Origin: Candidatus Latescibacterota bacterium
Lineage (GTDB): Bacteria > Latescibacterota > UBA2968 > GCA-2709665
DNA length: 64,000 bases
Direction: 5' to 3'
NCBI GenBank assembly: GCA_965222075.1
Contig: OZ244937.1
Span: forward strand, 4,896,001-4,960,000
Shown: piece by piece, positions 20,633-30,335 of the stretch
Layout of the letters: every line of letters starts with the position of its first letter
Position numbering within the stretch: position 1 is the stretch's first letter
Translations under genes and position numbers: made by a program
Notes under the pieces: model-generated
Database searches by the model: none
The model's input: the letters and a program-made list of their open reading frames with translations, nothing else
What the model was told of the DNA's origin: nothing

Positions 20633-20685
20633 GGCAATCTCTTGGATATTTTTGGCGTGCGACGGCAGACTACAGGAGGTGCGAG

Positions 20686-21339
20686 GTGAGGATCAGGATT
20701 CTCCTGGCCGATGATCACAAGATCGTGCGGGACGGCCTTCGCGCCCTGATCGAGCAGCAGGCCGACATGGCGGTGGTGGCCGAGGCGGAGGACGGGCGAA
20801 CGGCGGTGGGGCTGGTGCAGGATCTGTCGCCGGATGTGGTTGTGATGGATATCGGCATGCCGGATTTGAACGGGATCGAGGCCACCCGCCAGATTATCGC
20901 CAAGACCTCCGGCGTGAAGGTGATCGCCCTGTCGATGCATTCCGACAGGCGGTTTGTGGCGGGTATGCTCGGCGCAGGGGCGTCGGGTTATCTGCTGAAA
21001 GACGGCGCGTTCGAGGAACTGGCCGATGCGGTTCGCCTGGTGTTTGCAGATCAGACTTACCTGAGCCCCGGGATAACCGGCGTTGTGATCGAAGATTACG
21101 TACATCACGTGTCGGCGGCCCAAGACACGGTTTTGGCCGCGCTGACAGCCAGGGAACGCGAGGTGCTTCAGCTCCTGGCGGAAGGCAGATCGACCAAGCA
21201 GATTGCTTCGGATCTGGAGGTGAGTGTGAAGACGGTTGAGACGCATCGCCAGAAGGTTATGCAAAAACTAAATTTACACAGTATTGCCGATCTAACCAAA
21301 TACGCCATTCGCGAAGGGCTGACCACCCTCGAACGCTGA
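20686..21339 (+). CDS. NarL/LuxR-family response regulator
   Basis: ILLADDH…PDVVVMDIGMP receiver; LTAREREVLQLLAEG…KTVETHR LuxR HTH; GTG start after AGGAGG. Confidence 0.92.
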   Translation: MRIRILLADDHKIVRDGLRALIEQQADMAVVAEAEDGRTAVGLVQDLSPDVVVMDIGMPDLNGIEATRQIIAKTSGVKVIALSMHSDRRFVAGMLGAGASGYLLKDGAFEELADAVRLVFADQTYLSPGITGVVIEDYVHHVSAAQDTVLAALTAREREVLQLLAEGRSTKQIASDLEVSVKTVETHRQKVMQKLNLHSIADLTKYAIREGLTTLER

Positions 21340-21373
21340 CGCGCACCGGCGAAATCGTCTCATTGACGCCGGC

Positions 21374-21438
21374 TCAGGTATTTCGAAGTCAAAAATCAGG
21401 AATTTCCTGATTGCGCTTTTTTTTTTGTGATATAGATT
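21374..21438 (+). promoter_or_regulatory. Operator + promoter, copy 2 (TCAGGTATTTCGAAG-5-AATCAGGAATTTCCTGATT; TTGCGC-16-TAGATT)
   Basis: 8-bp palindromic arms AATCAGGA/TCCTGATT; 15-mer identical to copy 1. Confidence 0.6.
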
Positions 21439-21503
21439 GAATGTGTTATCTTACGTTATGTTATCTTATGAAATATAATGATTTACTGAAAAAATTCGTA
21501 AAG

Positions 21504-21586
21504 CCGCTGGTTACCAAACTTCCTGGTAGAGGTAGGGCTAACGGCTCGCAGGGCGATGCGAGAAGGCTCTACAGTCCCCTCACATG
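21504..21586 (+). ncRNA. Candidate structured 5'-UTR RNA motif, copy 2
   Basis: Homologous to 5866-5947; stems TACCA/TGGTA, GTAGGGCT/GGCTCTAC, CTCGCA/TGCGAG, AGCCG/CGGCT. Confidence 0.6.
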
Positions 21587-21627
21587 CACAGATTTAATCA
21601 GCAGCCGATGTGAAGAAAGGAGCGGGC

Positions 21628-23757
21628 TTGGGCGGATTGTTTGAGAAGCGGCTGGTGGTCGATCACACGCGGGTTTCGGGGGATGGTCTGGCCGGTCTGC
21701 CTTTGCTCATTTCACTCGAAGATGAGGATTTGAAGGATAAGACGTACGGCGGCCAGGTGGCACAGGCGGGCGGTCAGGATATCCGGTTTATCGGCGCCGA
21801 TGGAGAGAGGAAATTCGGCCACGAGATTGAAGCCTACGACCCGGCAGAGGGTGCGCTGAGAGCCTGGGTGCGCGTTGAAACGCTTTCCGGGTCGGCCGAT
21901 ACGGAGCTGTATCTGCGCTGCGGAGATCCAGGGTGTGAACCCCAGCAGAACCGGAAGGGGGTGTGGGATGCGGATTACCGGCTGGTGGTCCACGATGCCG
22001 CATCGCCTGAGGACGCGACCGCCAATCCCACCGGTGCAGCCGCCGAAGAGGCGTCGGACGGGCAGCGCTGGGCGAGGGTCGCGCATGCCCAGAAGCTGAA
22101 CGTGCGCGATGCGATTACCGTAGAGGCGTGGGTGGAGAGCGATGAGGCGCGGGCCGAGGCGATGCAGTCGGTGGTGTCCAAGTGGACGCCCAGGACGCGC
22201 TTCGACCTGTTCGACGCCTACGACGCCGGCAATACCGACGGATTGGAGACCAAGGGGTTTTTCGGCGCGGTGTTCGACGGGCGTTATCTCTACTTTTCCC
22301 CCCAGCACAACAGGCAAGGCCGTCACGGTCAGGCGCTACGATACGATACGCAGGGGGCGTTCAAAGATCCGGAAAGCTGGGCGGGGTACGATGCGGGCCA
22401 CACCGACGGGCTGAATACGAAGGGGTACTACGGGGCGGTTCACGCGGGGGATTACATTTACTATATCCCGCGCACCGACGGAGAGGTGATGCACAGCCGG
22501 TTTCTGCGGTACGACCGGGGGGGGGATTTCAGGAGCCCGGAGAGCTGGAGCGCATACGATATCGGGCATCCGATTTCCTATCAAAGCGCGGCGTTCGACG
22601 GGCGCTACATCTATCTGGTTCCAGGCTCCGAGCAGGCAGGTGGTGGCAGCGGGAAGGTGGTGCGCTACGATACGCAGGGGGCGTTCAAAGATCCGGCCAG
22701 TTACACGACATACGACGCTGCAAACACATCGGGGCTGGATACGAGGTCGTACGACGGGGCGGTGTTTGACGGCCGATACGTCTATTTCTCTCCACTGGAC
22801 GCCGATGGTGTGGTGTTGCGCTACGATACGGAAGGGGATTTTGAGGATGCGGACAGCTGGGTCGCTTACGGCGCAAAGAAAGCGAGCCTGAAGCGCTGCG
22901 TGGGGGCGGTGTTCGACGGCCGATATGTCTACATTGTGCCCTACGGCCAGTCCGACCAGGCGGTGCGCTACGATACGGCGGGCGCGTTTACTGACGAGAA
23001 CAGCTGGGAGGTTTTTTACCTTCTCGACGTGCCCGGCCTGAATACGCTGGGGTTTGACGGTGCGTTTTTCGACGGGCGCTACATTTACTACAACCCGTAC
23101 TGGGACGAGACGAGCGATGCGGATGAGACCTTCCACGGCGTGGTGGTGCGCTACGATACGCAGGGCGCGTTCACCGATCCGGAAAGCTGGGACTGCGCCG
23201 ACGCCGGTTTGACGGACGGCCTCAAGACCGTGGGGTTCAACGGGGGCGCAACCGACGGCCGGTTCCTCTATTTTGGCGCGTGGATGGACAGCAGAGACGA
23301 GACGGGCAAGATTCTCGGCCACGGCCGGGTGCTGCGCTACGATGCGGTGGGCGACCAGGGCATGTTCAGCCTTCGGTACTGCGATTTGGGACACAACGGC
23401 GGCCTGTGCGCCGCCCTGCCGGGCGCGCGGTTTCTTGTGAATACGGAGAAAGGGGCCATCAGCATCGCCGCCAACCGCAGGCCGGAGCCGGGGCGGCATC
23501 ACCTGGCGGGGGTGTACGACGGAAAGACGATCCGGCTGTACATCGACGGCGAGCTTGTGAACGAGCAGGCGGGCTCGGGTGCGATTGTGAACAACCGGGA
23601 GGATGTGGCGGTCGGCCGGATCCTGAATGGCCTGGGCGGATTTGTGGGCCGGGTTAACGAGGTGCGGATCTCCGGGTGCGCAAGAAGCGGGGATTGGATT
23701 CGCACCCAGTATGCCAACCAGAGCGATCCGGCCCGGTTTTGCCGCATCGCACCGTGA
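21628..23757 (+). CDS. DUF2341 + LamG-like protein with seven FDGRY repeats, paralogue 2
   Basis: Same architecture as 6005-8083; likely TTG start after RBS AAAGGAG. Confidence 0.7.
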   Translation: MGGLFEKRLVVDHTRVSGDGLAGLPLLISLEDEDLKDKTYGGQVAQAGGQDIRFIGADGERKFGHEIEAYDPAEGALRAWVRVETLSGSADTELYLRCGDPGCEPQQNRKGVWDADYRLVVHDAASPEDATANPTGAAAEEASDGQRWARVAHAQKLNVRDAITVEAWVESDEARAEAMQSVVSKWTPRTRFDLFDAYDAGNTDGLETKGFFGAVFDGRYLYFSPQHNRQGRHGQALRYDTQGAFKDPESWAGYDAGHTDGLNTKGYYGAVHAGDYIYYIPRTDGEVMHSRFLRYDRGGDFRSPESWSAYDIGHPISYQSAAFDGRYIYLVPGSEQAGGGSGKVVRYDTQGAFKDPASYTTYDAANTSGLDTRSYDGAVFDGRYVYFSPLDADGVVLRYDTEGDFEDADSWVAYGAKKASLKRCVGAVFDGRYVYIVPYGQSDQAVRYDTAGAFTDENSWEVFYLLDVPGLNTLGFDGAFFDGRYIYYNPYWDETSDADETFHGVVVRYDTQGAFTDPESWDCADAGLTDGLKTVGFNGGATDGRFLYFGAWMDSRDETGKILGHGRVLRYDAVGDQGMFSLRYCDLGHNGGLCAALPGARFLVNTEKGAISIAANRRPEPGRHHLAGVYDGKTIRLYIDGELVNEQAGSGAIVNNREDVAVGRILNGLGGFVGRVNEVRISGCARSGDWIRTQYANQSDPARFCRIAP

Positions 23758-23912
23758 GGCTGTGTGAAGGGGACGTTTTGAGACACAGGAAAGGGGGGAT
23801 GCTGACTTATGGTTTAGGAGATAACGATTTTTCGCGTTCGGACAACACGCCTTCTGGTCCGGACAGATGTTTAACCTTTCTTAGGTTATTGATTGTAAGA
23901 AAGGAGGGAAGC

Positions 23913-24629
23913 GTGAAGACAAAATTATGGGTAGTGATCACAGCCGGTCTGATTCTTCTGACCTCTACGTTTACAGCGGAGGCGCAGCAGCCGGTACGAA
24001 GGTGGGGCGTCGGTACGTTTCTGGCCTACAACAGCGCGCTTTTCTCGCTGCGGGACCAGTACACCGGTGGGGCCAAGTACGGGTTGAACTGGCATTACAG
24101 CCTCAGCCCCAGGGTATATATCGAGGCGGAGTATCACCGTTCGGAGTTCGAACGCGGCAAGCTGGAGGACGCGATGTTTACGTGGACGGTGGACGGGAAG
24201 GACTACAGGAGCCCCAATGCGAGTGCGGAGATGAGGTTTTCCAGCGGGGTGGTGAACCTGCTGATTTTCCACCAGGCGCAGCCGTCGTTCAAGTCTGGCG
24301 ATTTTGTGTATTACTTCCAGGTTGGCGGCGGGTTCTACGATTACAAATCGGAGCGCCGGAACTTCGTCTACCCGGGGCAGAAGACGAAGCCGCTGGACGT
24401 GTCGGTGGTGCTTCCGCTTCAGATTGACGCGCGCGCAGCGCTGTCTGCGCACGCCGGGTTCGGCGTTCAGGCGTTTGCGTTTGATAAGATCGCGGTGGAC
24501 TTGCGGGCGCGCTATCATATTGTGATGGGCGATGTGAGGCCGATGATCGCCTTTGGGGTTGAGAAGAAGACGTTCCCGATCCAGTTGCTCGATCTGGTCG
24601 CGGGATTGAAGTTCTACTTCTGGAAATAG
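23913..24629 (+). CDS. Small outer-membrane beta-barrel protein (module 1)
   Basis: GTG start after AAGGAGG; signal peptide ending AEA; alternating beta-strand pattern; C-terminal KFYFWK. Confidence 0.7.
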   Translation: MKTKLWVVITAGLILLTSTFTAEAQQPVRRWGVGTFLAYNSALFSLRDQYTGGAKYGLNWHYSLSPRVYIEAEYHRSEFERGKLEDAMFTWTVDGKDYRSPNASAEMRFSSGVVNLLIFHQAQPSFKSGDFVYYFQVGGGFYDYKSERRNFVYPGQKTKPLDVSVVLPLQIDARAALSAHAGFGVQAFAFDKIAVDLRARYHIVMGDVRPMIAFGVEKKTFPIQLLDLVAGLKFYFWK

Positions 24630-24642
24630 AGGAGGATGAGAT

Positions 24643-27600
24643 ATGAAGTCAAACAGGCGTTTAACTATTCTTGCCGGGATGCTGGCCCTGGTACTTGCCC
24701 TGTCCACCCCGGCCGTGTTTGCGGGTTCGACGGGGAAAATTAACGGGCGGGTCACCGGCGCAGACGGGTCACCGTTGCCCGGAGCCAGTTTGGTGATAGA
24801 GGACCGTCAGCAGGGGACTGTTACAGACACGGAAGGCTTCTACGTGATTGTAGCGGTAGACCCGGGGTCCTATACTTTGACCGCGTCGCTGGTGGGGTAT
24901 ACGACGGTGACGAAGAAGGACGTGAACATTACGGTCGATTATACCACGCCGGTGAATTTCACGCTGAAGGAAGAGGCGATCGAGGCGGCCGAGATCGTGG
25001 TGACGGCCGAGCGCCCGCCGGTGGAGCTGGACAAGACTTCGACCCGCTATGTGCTGTCGCCCGCCGATATTGACGAAGCCCCGCTTGTGAAGTCGACGGC
25101 GGAATTGATCGGCCTGCAGCCGGGCGTGGACATGGGCGGGACCTTTTCGATCCGCGGGTCGGACGTGACCTGGGGCGAGCAGAAGTTCGCGGATAACGCG
25201 ACCTGGTCTTATGCCGGCACCGATGTCAAAGTGCTGATTGACGGTGTGCCCGTTCCCGGCAACGACGGCGACCAGGCCAACATTTTTACGGGGGTGAACA
25301 AGAGCGCGGTGCAGCAGATCTCGATCGAGACAGGCGTGACCCCGGCGGAGTACGGAGATGCTCAGGGCGGCACGATCAACATCGTGACGCAGGATGGGGC
25401 GAAGGAGTACCGCGGGTGGATCGAGGGCAACTACGAGCCTGCGGGTCAGAAGCACTGGGGGGCGAACCTGTACGACGCTCCCATACACAGGGACCGGATG
25501 CGGTGGGACGACCCGGAGTGGCTGGCGGAGACCGACCCTGTTTCGGGCCGGGTTATCCATGTGCGGGACAACTATGACGAGGTGAGTGGATGGCTTGTGG
25601 AGGGTAGCCTGTCCGGGCCGATCGGTCCGCGGGCCTCCTTTCTTGGATCGATAAAGCACCAGGCGTTTGCGGCGCCCTTTCCGCAGCCCTCGGAGCGCGG
25701 CTTCTACAACGACCGAGGGCGCTTTATGAACGCGGACGACTTTATCCAGGGGTCAGGCAGCGTGACCCTCAAGCCCACGCCCGGCACGAAGGTGAAGGTG
25801 GGCGTGGTGCTGCAGCACTGGACGGGGTTCCAGAACGAGCTCAATGAGTGGGGCTTCTTCAAAAACGGGTACAACCGCGGGCTGCTGGCCAACGGCCGCA
25901 ACGTGTTTATGCCGAAGAATTTTTCAACAATGGGCCGACAGCTGCGGCGGGAGGACCTGGAGTACGTGACGTTCACCCATACGCTCACGCCCAAGACCTT
26001 CTACGAGGTGCGCTTCGGACGCAGCCGGACGCTCCAGGATACCATGGACACCGTTGGCGCCACGATTGACGGGCGGAAGGACGCGGACGGCTGGTTCAAC
26101 ACCTACAAAGAGATCAAGATGTGGATGCTTTCGGACCGGACGCGTTACAGCTTTAAGGTCGACCTGTCCAGCCAGATCACCAAGGGAAACTTTGTGAAGA
26201 CCGGCTTCGAGATCGTTCGCTGGAGTGCCTGGTCCCAGTACTGGGCGGGGTTGAGGCGGGCCGACAACTGGTGGACGATGTACGCAGGCGGGGACACCCC
26301 CTGGGTGCCGGGCACGCCGGCCAAGCCGATCCGAGGGGCGATCTATGTGCAGGACAAGATGGAATTCGAGGGGTTGATCGTGAATGCGGGCGTGCGCTTA
26401 GACTTCAACAAGCACACGCACAGAGAGCTGAAGACCTCGGCGTTTCACTGGGCGCCGATGTGGCGGATGTACAACAACCGGCATTTCGGCTACGGCCAGG
26501 GTTCGGCGCCCGCCGGGCTGAGGGTGTCGGACGACTTTATCGCCACCCCGCCGACGCAGTTTGCGATCAGCCCCAGATTGGGGGTTTCGCATCCGATCAC
26601 GGACCGGGCGAAGCTGCACTTCTCGCTTGGACGGTTCGTGCAGTGGCTGGAAGTGCGCGACCAGTACTCCAAGTCGTGGCGGGACTACGGCAGGATCGGC
26701 CCGGACGGAGACCCCACCTGGCAGGACTTAAACAGCGACGGGGTGCGGCAGGCGTCTGAGAATATGTCCAACATGGAGCCCCTCTACTTCGGGCCGGGGG
26801 GCGAACCCTGGGTGAATCCGGAGGAGACGCTGACGTTCGAGGTGGGGATGGACTGGAACTTCGTGGCCGACTATAACGCGTCGCTGACGATGTTCTACCG
26901 GAACGAGACGAACCAGATCGTTCGCGGGGCCACCACCTGGAACGGGGCGAAGCGGGGCCGGCGGAACACCCAGGGCTCGATGAACGGGCGAATAGCCTAC
27001 GGCAAGGGCCTCGAACTGGCGGTGGGGAAGCGGCTGAGCAACTACTTCTCCTTCCGCGTGGCCTGGACGGGGATGTGGGGGGCGCGGGGCGGCACCGGGA
27101 TCTCGAACCACGGCGCGCATATTATCGCGGACTCCAACTTTGTGGTCAGCCCGAATTTCTGGTATGACTTCACCTACGGCGCAGACGGGTCGGCCACGCC
27201 GGTTCCGCTGACGGCCCAGGAGAAGGTGGAGTTCGGCGGCGAGAACAACAGGTACATCCAGGGCTTGCGGGACGCCGCCACGGAGAACCTGTACCTGTAC
27301 TTTGGCGGGTACGATGATGCGACGCTCAACAACCTGGGGATAAACGTCCGCTACAATTCCTACGGCGGGCGCTGGTACGGCCCGTTCGGGATCCGCGGCG
27401 AGCCGGTGGTGGGCGGTGTCATCGGCCAGGCGAGCGTGCAGTTCGTGCTGAATACCCCCTCGAACGTAAACTTCGGCGGCCGGTTTCTGAGCTGGCTGGT
27501 CAGCGACTTAAGCGCCACCACGCTCTGGACGATGCGTTCTGGCGCCAACGTCAACTGGCAGCCGCCTGAAGGGGGCGGGGCCAAGATCACGAAGGGCCCG

Positions 27601-27876
27601 ATCGAGTCGGCGACGGATCTGAGTGTCGAGAAGGTGTTCAACGCGAAGGGCCGCCTGAAGCCGGCGCTCTTCGTCGAGATCCGGAACGTGTTCAACGACA
27701 AGATCGACATCAACCCGGTCAGCAGCCGGGGAACCACCGGGACGGACTACATGCTCTGGGGCCTGGATATGGCCCGGCCGGACAATCCGGATTTCCTCAA
27801 TTACGGCGACTTCGGTGACCGGGGCTATTTCAGCACGCCCAGGCAGACGAACATGGGCCTGCGCCTGACCTTTTAG
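24643..27876 (+). CDS. TonB-dependent receptor with N-terminal carboxypeptidase-regulatory-like domain (module 1)
   Basis: GKINGRV…LPGASL…GTVTD.EGFY; EIVVTAERP; plug IRG…IDGV…PAEYGDAQGGTINIVT; SPRLGVSHPITD; C-terminal PRQTNMGLRLTF. Confidence 0.88.
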   Translation: MKSNRRLTILAGMLALVLALSTPAVFAGSTGKINGRVTGADGSPLPGASLVIEDRQQGTVTDTEGFYVIVAVDPGSYTLTASLVGYTTVTKKDVNITVDYTTPVNFTLKEEAIEAAEIVVTAERPPVELDKTSTRYVLSPADIDEAPLVKSTAELIGLQPGVDMGGTFSIRGSDVTWGEQKFADNATWSYAGTDVKVLIDGVPVPGNDGDQANIFTGVNKSAVQQISIETGVTPAEYGDAQGGTINIVTQDGAKEYRGWIEGNYEPAGQKHWGANLYDAPIHRDRMRWDDPEWLAETDPVSGRVIHVRDNYDEVSGWLVEGSLSGPIGPRASFLGSIKHQAFAAPFPQPSERGFYNDRGRFMNADDFIQGSGSVTLKPTPGTKVKVGVVLQHWTGFQNELNEWGFFKNGYNRGLLANGRNVFMPKNFSTMGRQLRREDLEYVTFTHTLTPKTFYEVRFGRSRTLQDTMDTVGATIDGRKDADGWFNTYKEIKMWMLSDRTRYSFKVDLSSQITKGNFVKTGFEIVRWSAWSQYWAGLRRADNWWTMYAGGDTPWVPGTPAKPIRGAIYVQDKMEFEGLIVNAGVRLDFNKHTHRELKTSAFHWAPMWRMYNNRHFGYGQGSAPAGLRVSDDFIATPPTQFAISPRLGVSHPITDRAKLHFSLGRFVQWLEVRDQYSKSWRDYGRIGPDGDPTWQDLNSDGVRQASENMSNMEPLYFGPGGEPWVNPEETLTFEVGMDWNFVADYNASLTMFYRNETNQIVRGATTWNGAKRGRRNTQGSMNGRIAYGKGLELAVGKRLSNYFSFRVAWTGMWGARGGTGISNHGAHIIADSNFVVSPNFWYDFTYGADGSATPVPLTAQEKVEFGGENNRYIQGLRDAATENLYLYFGGYDDATLNNLGINVRYNSYGGRWYGPFGIRGEPVVGGVIGQASVQFVLNTPSNVNFGGRFLSWLVSDLSATTLWTMRSGANVNWQPPEGGGAKITKGPIESATDLSVEKVFNAKGRLKPALFVEIRNVFNDKIDINPVSSRGTTGTDYMLWGLDMARPDNPDFLNYGDFGDRGYFSTPRQTNMGLRLTF

Positions 27877-27879
27877 CTG

Positions 27880-27913
27880 AAGAGGGGGGCACAGCCCGGG
27901 GTTGCGCCCTCTT
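27880..27913 (+). other. Intergenic stem-loop without a U-tract between the TBDR and cargo gene
   Basis: AAGAGGG…CCCTCTT outer arms with an imperfect inner stem; same position as the hairpin at 49813. Confidence 0.4.
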
Positions 27914-27946
27914 ATTTACCGGGAACGAGACGGAAGGAGGATTGTG

Positions 27947-30313
27947 ATGAAGTATATCCGAACGTGGGGGCTGGTTGTCGCTGTGGCGCTGCTTACTGTG
28001 GGGGCGGCCGACCTCTTCGCGCAGTCGTTTCAGTCGCCGGCGGCGTGGCTGAACCGGCCGATGCTGACGGCGCCTTTTCGCAACTACGCCGTGCAGGGCC
28101 AGTGGTTCAATTCGGGTGCGGGAAATTCGCCGTATCTGACATATCCGAACAATCTTTCGGGCGGCGGAGGCTACGGCAGCCCCGGGAATGTTGGAAACTA
28201 TACGCTTACCATGCGAAACGGTCACGGGTTCTGGAGCCTGACGCCGGACGGAAGGGTGGTCTATTCGGGCCCCCGGCTGGACATGGTGGACCAGCACTTC
28301 AGCGCCATGCAATACGATGTGAGCGCCGATCCGGAGCTATCGAAGCTGGGTACGCAGTGGTACCAGGTCCGCAGGCCGGAGGTTAAGATGGGCAACGGGG
28401 CTGCGTTCACCGGCGGGATTTCAGAGACGAGCCTGGGCGGGAACTGGTGGCCGGGTTCGGATCTGATTGAGGAGGGGAAAAAGACGGGGGGCGTTGCCCT
28501 GGTGCCGGTGCACATCAATAACTTCAACTTAGGCGCTTACCCGACCGTGGACGAGTGGCCCGAAGAGATTATCATCACGAAGACCACGAATTCGCAGGGG
28601 CTGACGATTACGGAGCGGGCGATGGCCTGGAGCCACCCCGACTTCGACGATTTCTTCATCGATGAGTATATCATCGAGAACACGGGGGATACGGATGGAG
28701 ACGGGGAGCGGGACCTGCCGATGGTCCCTTTAAACGACGTGTACTTAGGCTTAGAGGATATGTTCAACAACAGCTGCGTGGGGCAGGAGGCCTACCAGCG
28801 CTACTGGCACAACCACATCGAAGACGCCGAAGACGATCACTACGCCTACGATGGGGATGTCAAGCTGCTCTACAACTGGGACGGGGACCACGTTACCATC
28901 AATACCTGGGACGACACGGGGGACCCGTACAGAGACGCGTTTGCGTGGCAGGGTTCGAAGGGCACTCAGGCCGAAAGCCAGCTGAATTCGCCTGCGCACC
29001 TGGGTGTGGCCGTGCTGGCGTATACGGACGATCCGACGAGCCCCTACAGGTTCAATGCCCGCGATATGGCCGAGGGTTACATCGCGCCCGCTGGGGAGCA
29101 GCCATTTGCGGTGCGGTTCTGGCAGGTGTTTGGCGTGGTGGGCTTTCTGCAAAGCACAGGTACGGGCAAAATTGCGATGCCCTACCAGGCGCTGGATCCC
29201 AACTTGGGGGCGATGACAGAAGCGGAGATCTTCTCCGCGGTGCTGGGGGCCGGACCGCAGTTCGACCCGAGCCCGTCCCGGCCGAGTTCCCAGTTTTCCA
29301 TGATGCTGTTCGGGCCGTATGACCTGCCCGCCGGCGGCAAGGCCAAGATCGTGGTGGCGTATGCGGCGGGGCATCCCGGGCAGGTGCTGGGGAATACGGA
29401 CATCTGGACGTGGGCGAGGAAGGGCAACCAGGGCGAACTGCCCAAGGGCTTAGATGCGCTCAAGCAGAACGTGGAGGCTGCCCGATTCGCTTATGCCAAT
29501 ACCTATGATATCCCGGACGCGCCGCCGGATGCGAACTTCCGCACGGGCAGCAATGCGACGGCGAATATGCAGGTCGAATGGTCGAACGGGGTGGAAAGTT
29601 CTGCGCATCCGGACTACGGATCGGCCGATGTTGCGGGCTACCGGGTCTATCGGTCCACCATTGTTTCCGACGGGCCGTGGGAGCTGATCGCGGACATCCC
29701 GAAAGGGACCTCGAGCCTGGAAACGCCGACGTACGGGGTGTTCGGCAGTGGCAGCAATTATGTGATTGAGGACAAGCGGTCCGTGGCCGGGTTCTTCTAC
29801 CACTACAGCGTGCGCCCCTACGCCAGCGGCCATACGGACTGGACGCCTGGGGGCAACCCGAACGCCCCGCTGGGGTTAAACGACCTCCCCTCCCATATCG
29901 CTTCGCGCGTGCAGGTGGGGCAGGAGGGGGGCTGGTCTGCGAAGACGCAGCGGGTCTATGCGGCCGAGTCGCCCTTTGCGGTGCCGTCGTCGGAGACGGA
30001 GTCGTTGAATGCCGAGGTGTGGGTGGTGCCCACGCCCTATTACGAAAAAGGGGAGGCGCACCAGTATCCGGGATCGGAGAAGATCCGGTTTGTGGGCATC
30101 CCGTCCAAGTGCCGGATTCGGATCTACTCCGTGTCCGGGGAGCTGGTAGGCGACATCAGTGTGAACAACCCGGGCAAGGCGGAGAGCGACTTCGACCAGG
30201 TGACGTGGAACAACAGCGGGCAGCTCGTTTCGGGGGTCTACTTCTGGGTGGTGGAGAATCTGACCGGCAGCGGCCAAGCGCTCCAGAAGGGCACTCTCAT
30301 GGTGATCCGATAG
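27947..30313 (+). CDS. Secreted ~790-aa protein with FN3-like domain and T9SS type A/FlgD-Ig-like C-terminal domain (module 1)
   Basis: Signal peptide; PDAPP…AGYRVYRS…YHYSV FN3-like segment; C-terminal VVPTPY…IRF…IRIYSVSGELV…SGVYFWVV…GTLMVIR. Confidence 0.7.
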   Translation: MKYIRTWGLVVAVALLTVGAADLFAQSFQSPAAWLNRPMLTAPFRNYAVQGQWFNSGAGNSPYLTYPNNLSGGGGYGSPGNVGNYTLTMRNGHGFWSLTPDGRVVYSGPRLDMVDQHFSAMQYDVSADPELSKLGTQWYQVRRPEVKMGNGAAFTGGISETSLGGNWWPGSDLIEEGKKTGGVALVPVHINNFNLGAYPTVDEWPEEIIITKTTNSQGLTITERAMAWSHPDFDDFFIDEYIIENTGDTDGDGERDLPMVPLNDVYLGLEDMFNNSCVGQEAYQRYWHNHIEDAEDDHYAYDGDVKLLYNWDGDHVTINTWDDTGDPYRDAFAWQGSKGTQAESQLNSPAHLGVAVLAYTDDPTSPYRFNARDMAEGYIAPAGEQPFAVRFWQVFGVVGFLQSTGTGKIAMPYQALDPNLGAMTEAEIFSAVLGAGPQFDPSPSRPSSQFSMMLFGPYDLPAGGKAKIVVAYAAGHPGQVLGNTDIWTWARKGNQGELPKGLDALKQNVEAARFAYANTYDIPDAPPDANFRTGSNATANMQVEWSNGVESSAHPDYGSADVAGYRVYRSTIVSDGPWELIADIPKGTSSLETPTYGVFGSGSNYVIEDKRSVAGFFYHYSVRPYASGHTDWTPGGNPNAPLGLNDLPSHIASRVQVGQEGGWSAKTQRVYAAESPFAVPSSETESLNAEVWVVPTPYYEKGEAHQYPGSEKIRFVGIPSKCRIRIYSVSGELVGDISVNNPGKAESDFDQVTWNNSGQLVSGVYFWVVENLTGSGQALQKGTLMVIR

Positions 30314-30335
30314 GGCGACGAAAGGAGGCAGGACC

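Noticed and set aside
20521-20685. N-terminal extensions given by the ORF track (response regulator; also ORFs starting at 5945, 11834, 16500, 23676, 44102, 45755, 56226)
   Set aside because: They run through promoters, RNA motifs or upstream genes; better RBS-supported starts lie downstream.
24643-30313. Canonical SusC/SusD polysaccharide utilisation locus
   Set aside because: The TBDR lacks SusC signature motifs and the downstream gene is not a SusD-type lipoprotein; there are no adjacent glycoside hydrolases.
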